A stretch of 64,000 nucleotides of DNA from Haplodiscus bocki (Eukaryota): positions 3,658,001-3,722,000 of the forward strand of contig OZ296651.1 in NCBI GenBank assembly GCA_965655095.1, written 5' to 3'. Below the pieces are notes generated by a model that saw only the letters and a program-made list of their open reading frames with translations, ran no database searches and was not told the origin of the DNA. Of the stretch, positions 13,021 to 28,000 are shown in pieces (positions within the stretch are counted from its first letter, which is position 1; each line of letters begins with the position of its first letter). The translations under genes and the position numbers were made by a program.

Positions 13021-16000
13021 AATCCAACCATAAACATGCATTTCAACGCGCTAATCTCAGATCTATATTCCTTTCAAAAATCATATGAAACACGGGAAAC
13101 ATCATTAACCGACACAAACTTCTGAGTTGTCACAAAATAAACCCCTAAGACACGAAAACAAGGGCAAAAACAAATGTATTGCACATAAAACTATTTCGAA
13201 GCAAAATTCAGCCGTAGCTCGGTAAGACAGAAAAAAGCAAATATTTCAGAAAAGAGTATCATTCTTATTAGACACACAAAACACCATCACATCTAAATAT
13301 GCTAAAAAAATGGTACTGCCTTCCAGATACCGTCAAATATCGAAGACAACCAAAGATAAAAACAAATTCAGAAATATGGAAAATGACGTCTTACAACACT
13401 ATACCTGAACAAACAATGCATCCCATCATGAAGTGTTTGGATCTCTACTTTCAGCATTTTCCAATGAAACCGGAAAACGTTAGCAACCGACAATTTTCGC
13501 AGAGGTGTCACAAAAATCACCAGTGAAATTATGAAACCCCAGCTGAGTGTCGAAAAATAGTCAACCGAAAAGCCGAAAAGAGGTGGACTAAATGTAAAAT
13601 CGTTTGAAGCAAATTTCAGTAGTGAATCGGTACCCGACAGCAGAAAATGTCAGAATGCCAGGGTAATCATTTTTTTCAATGAAACACGATAAGCACTACC
13701 AAATCTAAAGATGCAAGAAAACTAAACAAAGTACTGCCTTTCAGACAGTTTCAGATATCAAGAACAACCAATCATCCCAAATTCTAGGACATATCTCGAA
13801 GATAAACGTCTCGAAACACCAGCAACCTCGCCAAAAAAGATGCAAGCCATCGTGCAAGAATCAGATCTACACGCATATAAATATTCATAGCAGACACGGG
13901 AAACCTCATCAACCGAGAACCACTGTTACGGAGCCATGAAAAACCCCACTAAAAATGCAAAGCTGAGTGTCCAAAACTAAAATACTAAGAGGCCAGAGAC
14001 AAGCGGTTTACATGTAAACTCCGTTGAAGGAAAAACCAGCCGTATATGGGTAACAGGCAGAAAAACTCAAACAAGATAATACAAAAAAAGACAAAATAAT
14101 TTTCTTAACAAATAAATTTTCATACTACTCTAAAAAGCGTCATCATAGGTAAATATGCTAGACAATCAAACAATCTACTACTTCACAGACACTTAAAGAT
14201 AAAGAACAACCAATGATCCAAATCAAACCAGATATCTGGAAAATGACGTCCAGAAACACAACTAATCTCGACAATAAACACTCATCCTACCGTGAAAAAA
14301 CAGATCTTCACGCTTTTAAAAACTCATATTAAACAGGGGAAACCTCATTAACCGAGAATCATTGCTACGGGGCCATTAAAAACAGCACAAGAAATGCCGC
14401 TCTAACCAAGTGTCGAAAACTAGGCTACGAAAAGGCCAAAAACAAGTGGTTTACATGTAAACTCCGTGAAAGGAAAAACCAGCCGTATACGGGTAACAGA
14501 CAGGAAAATGCAAACATGATATTACAAAAAAAAAGACATTTCTTGACAAAGGAATTTTCATAATCAACACTCAAAGCCTCAACACAGTTAAATATGCTAG
14601 CAAATCAAACAAGGTATAACCTGTCAGACACATCCGATAACAAGAACAACTAAAATCAGAACAATCCAAAAAAAACTTGAAGAACGTCTGGAAACAACAT
14701 CAATCTCAACCATAAACATGCATTTCAACGCGCTAATCTCAGATCTATATTCCATTCAAAAATCAAATGAAACACGGGAAACATCATTAACCGACACAAA
14801 CTTCGGAAATGTCACAAAATAAACCCCTAAGACACGAAAACAAGGGCAAAAACAAATGTATTGCACATACAACTATTTCGAAGCAAAATTCAGCCGTAGC
14901 TCGGTAAGACAGAAAAAAGCAAATACTTCAGAAAAGAGTATCATTCTTATTAGACACACAAAACACCATCACATGTAAATATGCTAAAAAAACATGGTAC
15001 TGCCTTCCAGATACCGTCAAATATCGAAGACAACCAAAGATAAAAACAAATTCAGAAATATGGAAAATGACGTCTTACAACACTATACCTGAACAAAAAA
15101 TGCATCCCATCATGAAGTGTTTGGATCTCTACTTTCATCATTTTCCAATGAACCCGAAAAACCTTAGCAACCGACAACTTTCGGAGAGGGGTCACAAAAA
15201 TAACCAGTAAAATTATGAAACGCCAGCTGAGTGTCGAAAAATAGTCAACGGAAAAGCCGAAAAGAGGTGGACTAAATGTAAAATCGTTTGAAGCAAACTT
15301 CAGTAGTGAATCGGTACCCGACAGCAGAAAATGTCAGAATGCCAGGGTAATCATTTTTTTCAATGAAACACGAAAAAAACTATCAAATCTGAAGATGCAA
15401 GAAAACTAAACAAAGTACTGCCTTTCAGACAGTTTCAGATATCAAGAACAACCAATCATCCCAAATTCTAGGACATATCTCGAAGATAAACGTCTCGAAA
15501 CACCAGCAACCTCGCCAATAAAGATGCAAGCCATCGTGCAAGAATCAGATCTACACGCATATAAATATTCATAACAGACACGGCAAACCTCATCAACCGA
15601 GAACCACTGTTACGGAGCCATGAAAAACCCCACTAAAAACGCAGCGCTGAGTGTCGAAAACTAGATTACTAAGAGGCCAAAAACAAGCGGTTACAAGTAA
15701 ACTCCGTTGGAAAAACCAGCCGTATATGGGTAATAGGCAGAAAAACGCAAACTTGATTACACAAAATTGACAAATTGATTTTCTTAACAAATAAATTTTC
15801 ATAATAAACATTTAAAGCCTCATCATGATAAATATGCTAGCAAATTGAAAAAAAGTACTACCTCTCAGACGACTTCAGATATCAAGAACAACTAATTATC
15901 CAAATCAAACCAGATATCTGGAAAATGACGTCTAGAAACACTACTAATCTTGACAATAAAGCTTCTTCCTATCGTGAAAAAACTAGATATTCACGCTTTT

Positions 16001-19000
16001 AAAAATTCATACTAAACACGGGAGACCTCATTAACAGAGAATCATTGCCACGAATCCATGAAAAACAACACAAAAAAGCAGCTCTAACTGAGCGTCGAAA
16101 ACTAGGCTACCAAAAGGCCAAAAAAATGGTTCACATGTAAACTCCGTTGAAGGAAAAACCAGCCGTATATGGGTAACAGGCAGAAAAATGCAAACATGAT
16201 GTTACTGATGTTAGAAAAAAAAGACATTAATTCTCGTAACAAAGAAAAATTTTCATAATAAACAAGGCATAACCTGTCACGCATTTCAGATATCAAGAAC
16301 AACTAAGTTTCCCGATCAATCCCAAAAAACTCAAAAAAAACGTCTAGAAACAACATCAATCTCAGTCTTCAAGATGCAATTAAACATGCTACTTCCAGAT
16401 CTATATGCTAATCATTATTCATATGAAACACGGAAAACATCATTAACCGACAAAAACTTCGAGTGGTCACAAAATAAACAACTAAAATAAAGCAAAGACG
16501 TCTGAATGTTGAAAAAAGCAATTACAAGGGCAAAAACAAATGTATCCCACATGAAACTCTTTCGACGCAAAATTAAGCAGTAGACCGGTCAGACAGAAAA
16601 ATGCAAACCGTCAGAAGAAATGAGAGAATAAAAATCAATTCAAACACGATAGCACCATCACATGTAAAGATGCCACAAAAAAACAAGGTACTGCCTTTCA
16701 GATACCATCAAATATCGAGTACAATCACTGATAGAAACGAATTCAGAAATCTGGAAAAGGACGTCTTACAACACTAAACCTGAACACAAAAATTCATCCG
16801 ATCATGAAGTGTTTGGATCTATACTTTCATCATTTTCAAATGCAACCCGGGAAACCTTGGCAACTGACAATATTAGCAGAGTGGTCACAAAAAACAGCAG
16901 CAAAATTACTCAACGCCAGCTGAGTGTCGAAAAACAGTCGACCAAGAGGCCGAAAACAGGTGGACTACATGTAAAATCGTTTGAACCAAACTTCAGCAGT
17001 GAATCGGTAGCCGACAGCAGAAAAACGTCAGAATGCCAGGGTAATCATTTTTTTCAATGAAACACGAAAAGCACTATCAAATCTGAAGATGCAAGAAAAC
17101 TAAACAAAGTACTGCCTTTCAGACAGTTTCAGATATCAAGAACAACCAATCATCCCAAATTCTAGGACATATCTCGAAGATAAACGTCTCGAAACACCAG
17201 CAACCTCGCCAATAAAGATGCAAGCCACCGTGCAAAGAATCAGATCTACACGCATATAAATATTCATAGCAGACACGGGAAACCTCATCAACCGAGAACC
17301 ACTGTTACGGAGCCATCAAAAACCCCACTAAAAACGCAGCGCTGAGTGTCGAAAACTAGATTACTAAGAGGCCAAAAACAAGCGGTTACAAGTAAACTCC
17401 GTTGATGGAAAAACCAGCCGTATATGGGTAATAGACAGAAAAACGCAAACTTGATTACACAAAATTGACAAATTGATTTTCTTAACAAATAAATTTTCAT
17501 AATAAACATTTAAAGCCTCATCATGATAAATATGCTAGCAAATTGAAAAAAAGTACTACCTCTCAGACGACTTCAGATATCAAGAACAACTAATTATCCA
17601 AATCAAACCAGATATCTGGAAAATGACGTCTAGAAACACTACTAATCTTGACAATAAAGCTTCTTCCTATCGTGAAAAAACTAGATATTCACGCTTTTAA
17701 AAATTCATACTAAACACGGGAGACCTCATTAACAGAGAATCATTGCCACGAATCCATGAAAAACAACACAAAAAAGCAGCTCTAACTGAGCGTCGAAAAC
17801 TAGGCTACCAAAAGGCCAAAAAATGGTTCACATGTAAACTCCGTTGAAGGAAAAACCAGCCGTATATGGGTAACAGGCAGAAAAATGCAAACATGATGTT
17901 ACTGATGTTAGAAAAAAAAGACATTAATTTTCGTAACAAAGAAAAATTTTCATAATAAACAAGGCATAACCTGTCACGCATTTCAGATATCAAGAACAAC
18001 TAAGTTTCCCGATCAATCCCAAAAAACTCAAAAAAAACGTCTAGAAACAACATCAATCTCAGTCTTCAAGATGCAATTAAACATGCTACTTCCAGATCTA
18101 TATGCTAATCATTATTCATATGAAACACGGAAAACATCATTAACCGACAAAAACTTCGAGTGGTCACAAAATAAACAACTAAAATAAAGCAAAGACGTCT
18201 GAATGTTGAAAAAAGCAATTACAAGGGCAAAAACAAATGTATCCCACATGAAACTCTTTCGACGCAAAATTAAGCAGTAGACCGGTCAGACAGAAAAATG
18301 CAAACCGTCAGAAGAAATGAGAGAATAAAAATCAATTCAAACACGATAGCACCATCACATGTAAAGATGCCACAAAAAAACAAGGTACTGCCTTTCAGAT
18401 ACCATCAAATATCGAGTACAATCACTGATAGAAACGAATTCAGAAATCTGGAAAAGGACGTCTTACAACACTAAACCTGAACACAAAAATTCATCCGATC
18501 ATGAAGTGTTTGGATCTATACTTTCATCATTTTCAAATGCAACCCGGGAAACCTTGGCAACTGACAATATTAGCAGAGTGGTCACAAAAAACAGCAGCAA
18601 AATTACTCAACGCCAGCTGAGTGTCGAAAAACAGTCGACCAAGAGGCCGAAAACAGGTGGACTACATGTAAAATCGTTTGAACCAAACTTCAGCAGTGAA
18701 TCGGTAGCCGACAGCAGAAAAACGTCAGAATGCCAGGGTAATCATTTTTTTCAATGAAACACGAAAAGCACTATCAAATCTGAAGATGCAAGAAAACTAA
18801 ACAAAGTACTGCCTTTCAGACAGTTTCAGATATCAAGAACAACCAATCATCCCAAATTCTAGGACATATCTCGAAGATAAACGTCTCGAAACACCAGCAA
18901 CCTCGCCAATAAAGATGCAAGCCATCGTGCAAGAATCAGATCTACACGCATATAAATATTCATAGCAGACACGGGAAACCTCATCAACCGAGAACCACTG

Positions 19001-22000
19001 TTACGGAGCCATGAAAAACCCCACTAAAAACGCAGCGCTGAGTGTCGAAAACTAGATTACTAAGAGGCCAAAAACAAGCGGTTACAAGTAAACTCCGTTG
19101 ATGGAAAAACCAGCCGTATATGGGTAATAGACAGAAAAACGCAAACTTGATTACACAAAATTGACAAATTGATTTTCTTAACAAATAAATTTTCATAATA
19201 AACATTTAAAGCCTCATCATGATAAATATGCTAGCAAATTGAAAAAAAGTACTACCTCTCAGACGACTTCAGATATCAAGAACAACTAATTATCCAAATC
19301 AAACCAGATATCTGGAAAATGACGTCTAGAAACACTACTAATCTTGACAATAAAGCTTCTTCCTATCGTGAAAAAACTAGATATTCACGCTTTTAAAAAT
19401 TCATACTAAACACGGGAGACCTCATTAACAGAGAATCATTGCCACGAATCCATGAAAAACAACACAAAAAAGCAGCTCTAACTGAGCGTCGAAAACTAGG
19501 CTACCAAAAGGCCAAAAAAATGGTTCACATGTAAACTCCGTTGAAGGAAAAACCAGCCGTATATGGGTAACAGGCAGAAAAATGCAAACATGATGTTACT
19601 GATGTTAGAAAAAAAAGACATTAATTTTCGTAACAAAGAAAAATTTTCATAATAAACAAGGCATAACCTGTCACGCATTTCAGATATCAAGAACAACTAA
19701 GTTTCCCGATCAATCCCAAAAAACTCATAAAAAACGTCTAGAAACAACATCAATCTCAGTCTTCAAGATGCAATTAAACATGCTACTTCTAGATCTATAT
19801 GCTAATCATTATTCATATGAAACACGGAAAACATCATTAACCGACAAAAACTTCGAGTGGTCACAAAATAAACAACTAAAATAAAGCAAAGACGTCTGAA
19901 TGTTGAAAAAAGCAATTACAAGGGCAAAAACAAATGTATCCCACATGAAACTCTTTCGACGCAAAATTAAGCAGTAGACCGGTAAGACAGAAAAATGCAA
20001 ACCGTCAGAAGAAATGAGAGAATAACAATCAATTCAAACACGATAGCACCATCACATGTAAAGATGCCACAAAAAAACAAGGTACTGCCTTTCAGAAACC
20101 ATCAAATATCGAGTACAATCACTGATAGAATCGAATTCAGAAATCTGGAAAAGGACGTCTTACAACACTAAACCAGAACACAAAAACTCATCCGATCATG
20201 AAGTGTTTGGATCTATACTTTCATCATTTTCAAATGCAACCCGGGAAACCTTGGCAACTGACAATATTAGCAGAGTGGTCACAAAATACAGCAGTAAAAT
20301 TACTCAACGCCAGCTGAGTGTCGAAAAACAGTCGACCAAGAGGCCGAAAACAGGTGGACTACATGTAAAATCGTTTGAACCAAACTTCAGCAGTGAATCG
20401 GTAGTCGACAGCAGAAAAACGTCAGAATGTAATGGTAATCACATTTTATATAAAACACGAAAAGCACCATCAAACGTAAAGATGCAAGAAAACTGAAAGT
20501 ACTGCCTTTCAGACAGTTTCAGATGTCAAGACCAAACAATCATCCGAAATTCCAGCACATATCTAGAAGATGACGTCTAAAACACCACCAATCTCGACAA
20601 AAAAGATTCATCCCATCGTGAAAAAACCAGCTTTCACGCTTTTAAAAATTCATATTAAACACGGGAAACCTCATTAAACGAGAATCATTGCTACGAGCCA
20701 TGAAAAACAACACAAAAGATGCAGCTGTCAACTGACTGTCGAAAGCTAGGCTACCAAGAGGCCAAAAACAAGTGGTAAACAAGTAAACTCCGTTGCAGGA
20801 AAAACCAGCCGTATATGGGTAACCGGCAGAAAAACGCAGGCATGATGTTACAAAAACAGACAATATTTTCTCAACAATTAGATTTTCTCAATAAACAATC
20901 AAAGCCTCAACATAGTTGAATATGCTAGCAAATCAAACAAGGTATAACCTGTAAGACACTTCAGATAACAGGAAAAACTAATTATCCAAATCAAACCAGC
21001 TATCTGGAAAAAAACGTCTAGAAACAACATCAATCTCAACCGTAAACATGCATTCCAACGCGATAATTTCAGATCTATATGCCATTCATTATTCACAAGG
21101 AACACGGGAAACATCATTATCCGACACAAACTTCTGAGTTGTCACAAAATAAACCCCTAAGACACGAAAACAAGGGCAAAAACAAATGTATTGCACATAC
21201 AACTATTTCGAAGCAAAATTCAGCCGTAGCTCGGTAAGACAGAAAAAAGCAAATATTTCAGAAAAGAGTATCATTCTTATTAGACACACAAAACACCATC
21301 ACATGTAAATATGCTAAAAAAACATGGTACTGCCTTCCAGATACCGTCAAATATCGAAGACAAGCAAAGATAAAAACAAATTCAGAAATATGGAAAGTGA
21401 CGTTTTACAACACTATACCTGGACAAAAAATGCATCCCATCATGAAGTGTTTGGATCTATACTTTCATCATTTTCAGATGCAACCCGGGAAACCTTGGCA
21501 ACTGACAATATTAGCAGAGTGGTCACAAAATACAGCAGTAAAATTACTCAACGCCAGCTGAGTGTCGAAAAATAGTCGACCAAGAGGCCGAAAACAGGTG
21601 GACTACATGTAAAATCGTTTGAACCAAACTTCAGCAGTGAATCGGTAGCCGACAGCAGAAAAACGTCAGAATGCCAGGGTAATCATTTTTTTCAATGAAA
21701 CACGAAAAGCACTATCAAATCTGAAGATGCAAGAAAACTAAACAAAGTACTGCCTTTCAGACAGTTTCAGATATCAAGAACAACCAATCATCCCAAATTC
21801 TAGGACATATCTCGAAGATAAACGTCTCGAAACACCAGCAACCTCGCCAATAAAGATGCAAGCCACCGTGCAAAGAATCAGATCTACACGCATATAAATA
21901 TTCATAGCAGACACGGGAAACCTCATCAACCGAGAACCACTATTACGGAGCCATCAAAAACCCCACTAAAAACGCAGCGCTGAGTGTCGAAAACTAGATT

Positions 22001-25000
22001 ACTAAGAGGCCAAAAACAAGCGGTTACAAGTAAACTCCGTTGATGGAAAAACCAGCCGTATATGGGTAATAGACAGAAAAACGCAAACTTGATTACACAA
22101 AATTGACAAATTGATTTTCTTAACAAATAAATTTTCATAATAAACATTTAAAGCCTCATCATGATAAATATGCTAGCAAATTGAAAAAAAGTACTACCTC
22201 TCAGACGACTTCAGATATCAAGAACAACTAATTATCCAAATCAAACCAGATATCTGGAAAATGACGTCTAGAAACACTACTAATCTTGACAATAAAGCTT
22301 CTTCCTATCGTGAAAAAACTAGATATTCACGCTTTTAAAAATTCATACTAAACACGGGAGACCTCATTAACAGAGAATCATTGCCACGAATCCATGAAAA
22401 ACAACACAAAAAAGCAGCTCTAACTGAGCGTCGAAAACTAGGCTACCAAAAGGCCAAAAAATGGTTCACATGTAAACTCCGTTGAAGGAAAAACCAGCCG
22501 TATATGGGTAACAGGCAGAAAAATGCAAACATGATGTTACTGATGTTAGAAAAAAAAGACATTAATTTTCGTAACAAAGAAAAATTTTCATAATAAACAA
22601 GGCATAACCTGTCACGCATTTCAGATATCAAGAACAACTAAGTTTCCCGATCAATCCCAAAAAACTCAAAAAAAACGTCTAGAAACAACATCAATCTCAG
22701 TCTTCAAGATGCAATTAAACATGCTACTTCCAGATCTATATGCTAATCATTATTCATATGAAACACGGAAAACATCATTAACCGACAAAAACTTCGAGTG
22801 GTCACAAAATAAACAACTAAAATAAAGCAAAGACGTCTGAATGTTGAAAAAAGCAATTACAAGGGCAAAAACAAATGTATCCCACATGAAACTCTTTCGA
22901 CGCAAAATTAAGCAGTAGACCGGTCAGACAGAAAAATGCAAACCGTCAGAAGAAATGAGAGAATAAAAATCAATTCAAACACGATAGCACCATCACATGT
23001 AAAGATGCCACAAAAAAACAAGGTACTGCCTTTCAGATACCATCAAATATCGAGTACAATCACTGATAGAAACGAATTCAGAAATCTGGAAAAGGACGTC
23101 TTACAACACTAAACCTGAACACAAAAATTCATCCGATCATGAAGTGTTTGGATCTATACTTTCATCATTTTCAAATGCAACCCGGGAAACCTTGGCAACT
23201 GACAATATTAGCAGAGTGGTCACAAAAAACAGCAGCAAAATTACTCAACGCCAGCTGAGTGTCGAAAAACAGTCGACCAAGAGGCCGAAAACAGGTGGAC
23301 TACATGTAAAATCGTTTGAACCAAACTTCAGCAGTGAATCGGTAGCCGACAGCAGAAAAACGTCAGAATGCCAGGGTAATCATTTTTTTCAATGAAACAC
23401 GAAAAGCACTATCAAATCTGAAGATGCAAGAAAACTAAACAAAGTACTGCCTTTCAGACAGTTTCAGATATCAAGAACAACCAATCATCCCAAATTCTAG
23501 GACATATCTCGAAGATAAACGTCTCGAAACACCAGCAACCTCGCCAATAAAGATGCAAGCCATCGTGCAAGAATCAGATCTACACGCATATAAATATTCA
23601 TAGCAGACACGGGAAACCTCATCAACCGAGAACCACTGTTACGGAGCCATGAAAAACCCCACTAAAAACGCAGCGCTGAGTGTCGAAAACTAGATTACTA
23701 AGAGGCCAAAAACAAGCGGTTACAAGTAAACTCCGTTGATGGAAAAACCAGCCGTATATGGGTAATAGACAGAAAAACGCAAACTTGATTACACAAAATT
23801 GACAAATTGATTTTTTTAACAAATAAATTTTCATAATAAACATTTAAAGCCTCATCATGATAAATATGCTAGCAAATTGAAAAAAAGTACTACCTCTCAG
23901 ACGACTTCAGATATCAAGAACAACTAATTATCCAAATCAAACCAGATATCTGGAAAATGACGTCTAGAAACACTACTAATCTTGACAATAAAGCTTCTTC
24001 CTATCGTGAAAAAACTAGATATTCACGCTTTTAAAAATTCATACTAAACACGGGAGACCTCATTAACAGAGAATCATTGCCACGAATCCATGAAAAACAA
24101 CACAAAAAAGCAGCTCTAACTGAGCGTCGAAAACTAGGCTACCAAAAGGCCAAAAAAATGGTTCACATGTAAACTCCGTTGAAGGAAAAACCAGCCGTAT
24201 ATGGGTAACAGGCAGAAAAATGCAAACATGATGTTACTGATGTTAGAAAAAAAAGACATTAATTTTCGTAACAAAGAAAAATTTTCATAATAAACAAGGC
24301 ATAACCTGTCACGCATTTCAGATATCAAGAACAACTAAGTTTCCCGATCAATCCCAAAAAACTCAAAAAAAACGTCTAGAAACAACATCAATCTCAGTCT
24401 TCAAGATGCAATTAAACATGCTACTTCTAGATCTATATGCTAATCATTATTCATATGAAACACGGAAAACATCATTAACCGACAAAAACTTCGAGTGGTC
24501 ACAAAATAAACAACTAAAATAAAGCAAAGACGTCTGAATGTTGAAAAAAGCAATTACAAGGGCAAAAACAAATGTATCCCACATGAAACTCTTTCGACGC
24601 AAAATTAAGCAGTAGACCGGTAAGACAGAAAAATGCAAACCGTCAGAAGAAATGAGAGAATAACAATCAATTCAAACACGATAGCACCATCACATGTAAA
24701 GATGCCACAAAAAAACAAGGTACTGCCTTTCAGAAACCATCAAATATCGAGTACAATCACTGATAGAATCGAATTCAGAAATCTGGAAAAGGACGTCTTA
24801 CAACACTAAACCAGAACACAAAAACTCATCCGATCATGAAGTGTTTGGATCTATACTTTCATCATTTTCAAATGCAACCCGGGAAACCTTGGCAACTGAC
24901 AATATTAGCAGAGTGGTCACAAAAAACAGCAGCAAAATTACTCAACGCCAGCTGAGTGTCGAAAAACAGTCGACCAAGAGGCCGAAAACAGGTGGACTAC

Positions 25001-28000
25001 ATGTAAAATCGTTTGAACCAAACTTCAGCAGTGAATCGGTAGCCGACAGCAGAAAAACGTCAGAATGCCAGGGTAATCATTTTTTTCAATGAAACACGAA
25101 AAGCACTATCAAATCTGAAGATGCAAGAAAACTAAACAAAGTACTGCCTTTCAGACAGTTTCAGATATCAAGAACAACCAATCATCCCAAATTCTAGGAC
25201 ATATCTCGAAGATAAACGTCTCGAAACACCAGCAACCTCGCCAATAAAGATGCAAGCCATCGTGCAAGAATCAGATCTACACGCATATAAATATTCATAG
25301 CAGACACGGGAAACCTCATCAACCGAGAACCACTGTTACGGAGCCATGAAAAACCCCACTAAAAACGCAGCGCTGAGTGTCGAAAACTAGATTACTAAGA
25401 GGCCAAAAACAAGCGGTTACAAGTAAACTCCGTTGATGGAAAAACCAGCCGTATATGGGTAATAGACAGAAAAACGCAAACTTGATTACACAAAATTGAC
25501 AAATTGATTTTCTTAACAAATAAATTTTCATAATAAACATTTAAAGCCTCATCATGATAAATATGCTAGCAAATTGAAAAAAAGTACTACCTCTCAGACG
25601 ACTTCAGATATCAAGAACAACTAATTATCCAAATCAAACCAGATATCTGGAAAATGGCGTCTAGAAACACTACTAATCTTGACAATAAAGCTTCTTCCTA
25701 TCGTGAAAAAACTAGATATTCACGCTTTTAAAAATTCATACTAAACACGGGAGACCTCATTAACAGAGAATCATTGCCACGAATCCATGAAAAACAACAC
25801 AAAAAAGCAGCTCTAACTGAGCGTCGAAAACTAGGCTACCAAAAGGCCAAAAAAATGGTTCACATGTAAACTCCGTTGAAGGAAAAACCAGCCGTATATG
25901 GGTAACAGGCAGAAAAATGCAAACATGATGTTACTGATGTTAGAAAAAAAAGACATTAATTTTCGTAACAAAGAAAAATTTTCATAATAAACAAGGCATA
26001 ACCTGTCACGCATTTCAGATATCAAGAACAACTAAGTTTCCCGATCAATCCCAAAAAACTCAAAAAAAACGTCTAGAAACAACATCAATCTCAGTCTTCA
26101 AGATGCAATTAAACATGCTACTTCTAGATCTATATGCTAATCATTATTCATATGAAACACGGAAAACATCATTAACCGACAAAAACTTCGAGTGGTCACA
26201 AAATAAACAACTAAAATAAAGCAAAGACGTCTGAATGTTGAAAAAAGCAATTACAAGGGCAAAAACAAATGTATCCCACATGAAACTCTTTCGACGCAAA
26301 ATTAAGCAGTAGACCGGTAAGACAGAAAAATGCAAACCGTCAGAAGAAATGAGAGAATAACAATCAATTCAAACACGATAGCACCATCACATGTAAAGAT
26401 GCCACAAAAAAACAAGGTACTGCCTTTCAGAAACCATCAAATATCGAGTACAATCACTGATAGAATCGAATTCAGAAATCTGGAAAAGGACGTCTTACAA
26501 CACTAAACCAGAACACAAAAACTCATCCGATCATGAAGTGTTTGGATCTATACTTTCATCATTTTCAAATGCAACCCGGGAAACCTTGGCAACTGACAAT
26601 ATTAGCAGAGTGGTCACAAAATACAGCAGTAAAATTACTCAACGCCAGCTGAGTGTCGAAAAACAGTCGACCAAGAGGCCGAAAACAGGTGGACTACATG
26701 TAAAATCGTTTGAACCAAACTTCAGCAGTGAATCGGTAGTCGACAGCAGAAAAACGTCAGAATGTAATGGTAATCACATTTTATATAAAACACGAAAAGC
26801 ACCATCAAACGTAAAGATGCAAGAAAACTGAAAGTACTGCCTTTCAGACAGTTTCAGATGTCAAGACCAAACAATCATCCGAAATTCCAGCACATATCTA
26901 GAAGATGACGTCTAAAACACCACCAATCTCGACAAAAAAGATTCATCCCATCGTGAAAAAACCAGCTTTCACGCTTTTAAAAATTCATATTAAACACGGG
27001 AAACCTCATTAAACGAGAATCATTGCTACGAGCCATGAAAAACAACACAAAAGATGCAGCTGTCAACTGACTGTCGAAAGCTAGGCTACCAAGAGGCCAA
27101 AAACAAGTGGTAAACAAGTAAACTCCGTTGCAGGAAAAACCAGCCGTATATGGGTAACCGGCAGAAAAACGCAGGCATGATGTTACAAAAACAGACAATA
27201 TTTTCTCAACAATTAGATTTTCTCAATAAACAATCAAAGCCTCAACATAGTTGAATATGCTAGCAAATCAAACAAGGTATAACCTGTAAGACACTTCAGA
27301 TAACAGGAAAAACTAATTATCCAAATCAAACCAGCTATCTGGAAAAAAACGTCTAGAAACAACATCAATCTCAACCGTAAACATGCATTCCAACGCGATA
27401 ATTTCAGATCTATATGCCATTCATTATTCACAAGGAACACGGGAAACATCATTATCCGACACAAACTTCTGAGTTGTCACAAAATAAACCCCTAAGACAC
27501 GAAAACAAGGGCAAAAACAAATGTATTGCACATACAACTATTTCGAAGCAAAATTCAGCCGTAGCTCGGTAAGACAGAAAAAAGAAAATATTTCAGAAAA
27601 GAGTATCATTCTTATTAGACACACAAAACACCATCACATGTAAAAATGCTAAAAAAAAATATGGTACTGCCTTCCAGATACCGTCAAATATCGAAGACAA
27701 GCAAAGATAAAAACAAATTCAGAAATATGGAAAGTGACGTTTTACAACACTATACCTGGACAAAAAATGCATCCCATCATGAAGTGTTTGGATCTATACT
27801 TTCATCATTTTCAGATGCAACCCGGGAAACCTTGGCAACTGACAATATTAGCAGAGTGGTCACAAAATACAGCAGTAAAATTACTCAACGCCAGCTGAGT
27901 GTCGAAAAATAGTCGACCAAGAGGCTGAAAACAGGTGGACTACATGTAAAATCGTTTGAACCAAACTTCATCAGTGAATTGGTAGCCGACAGCAGAAAAA

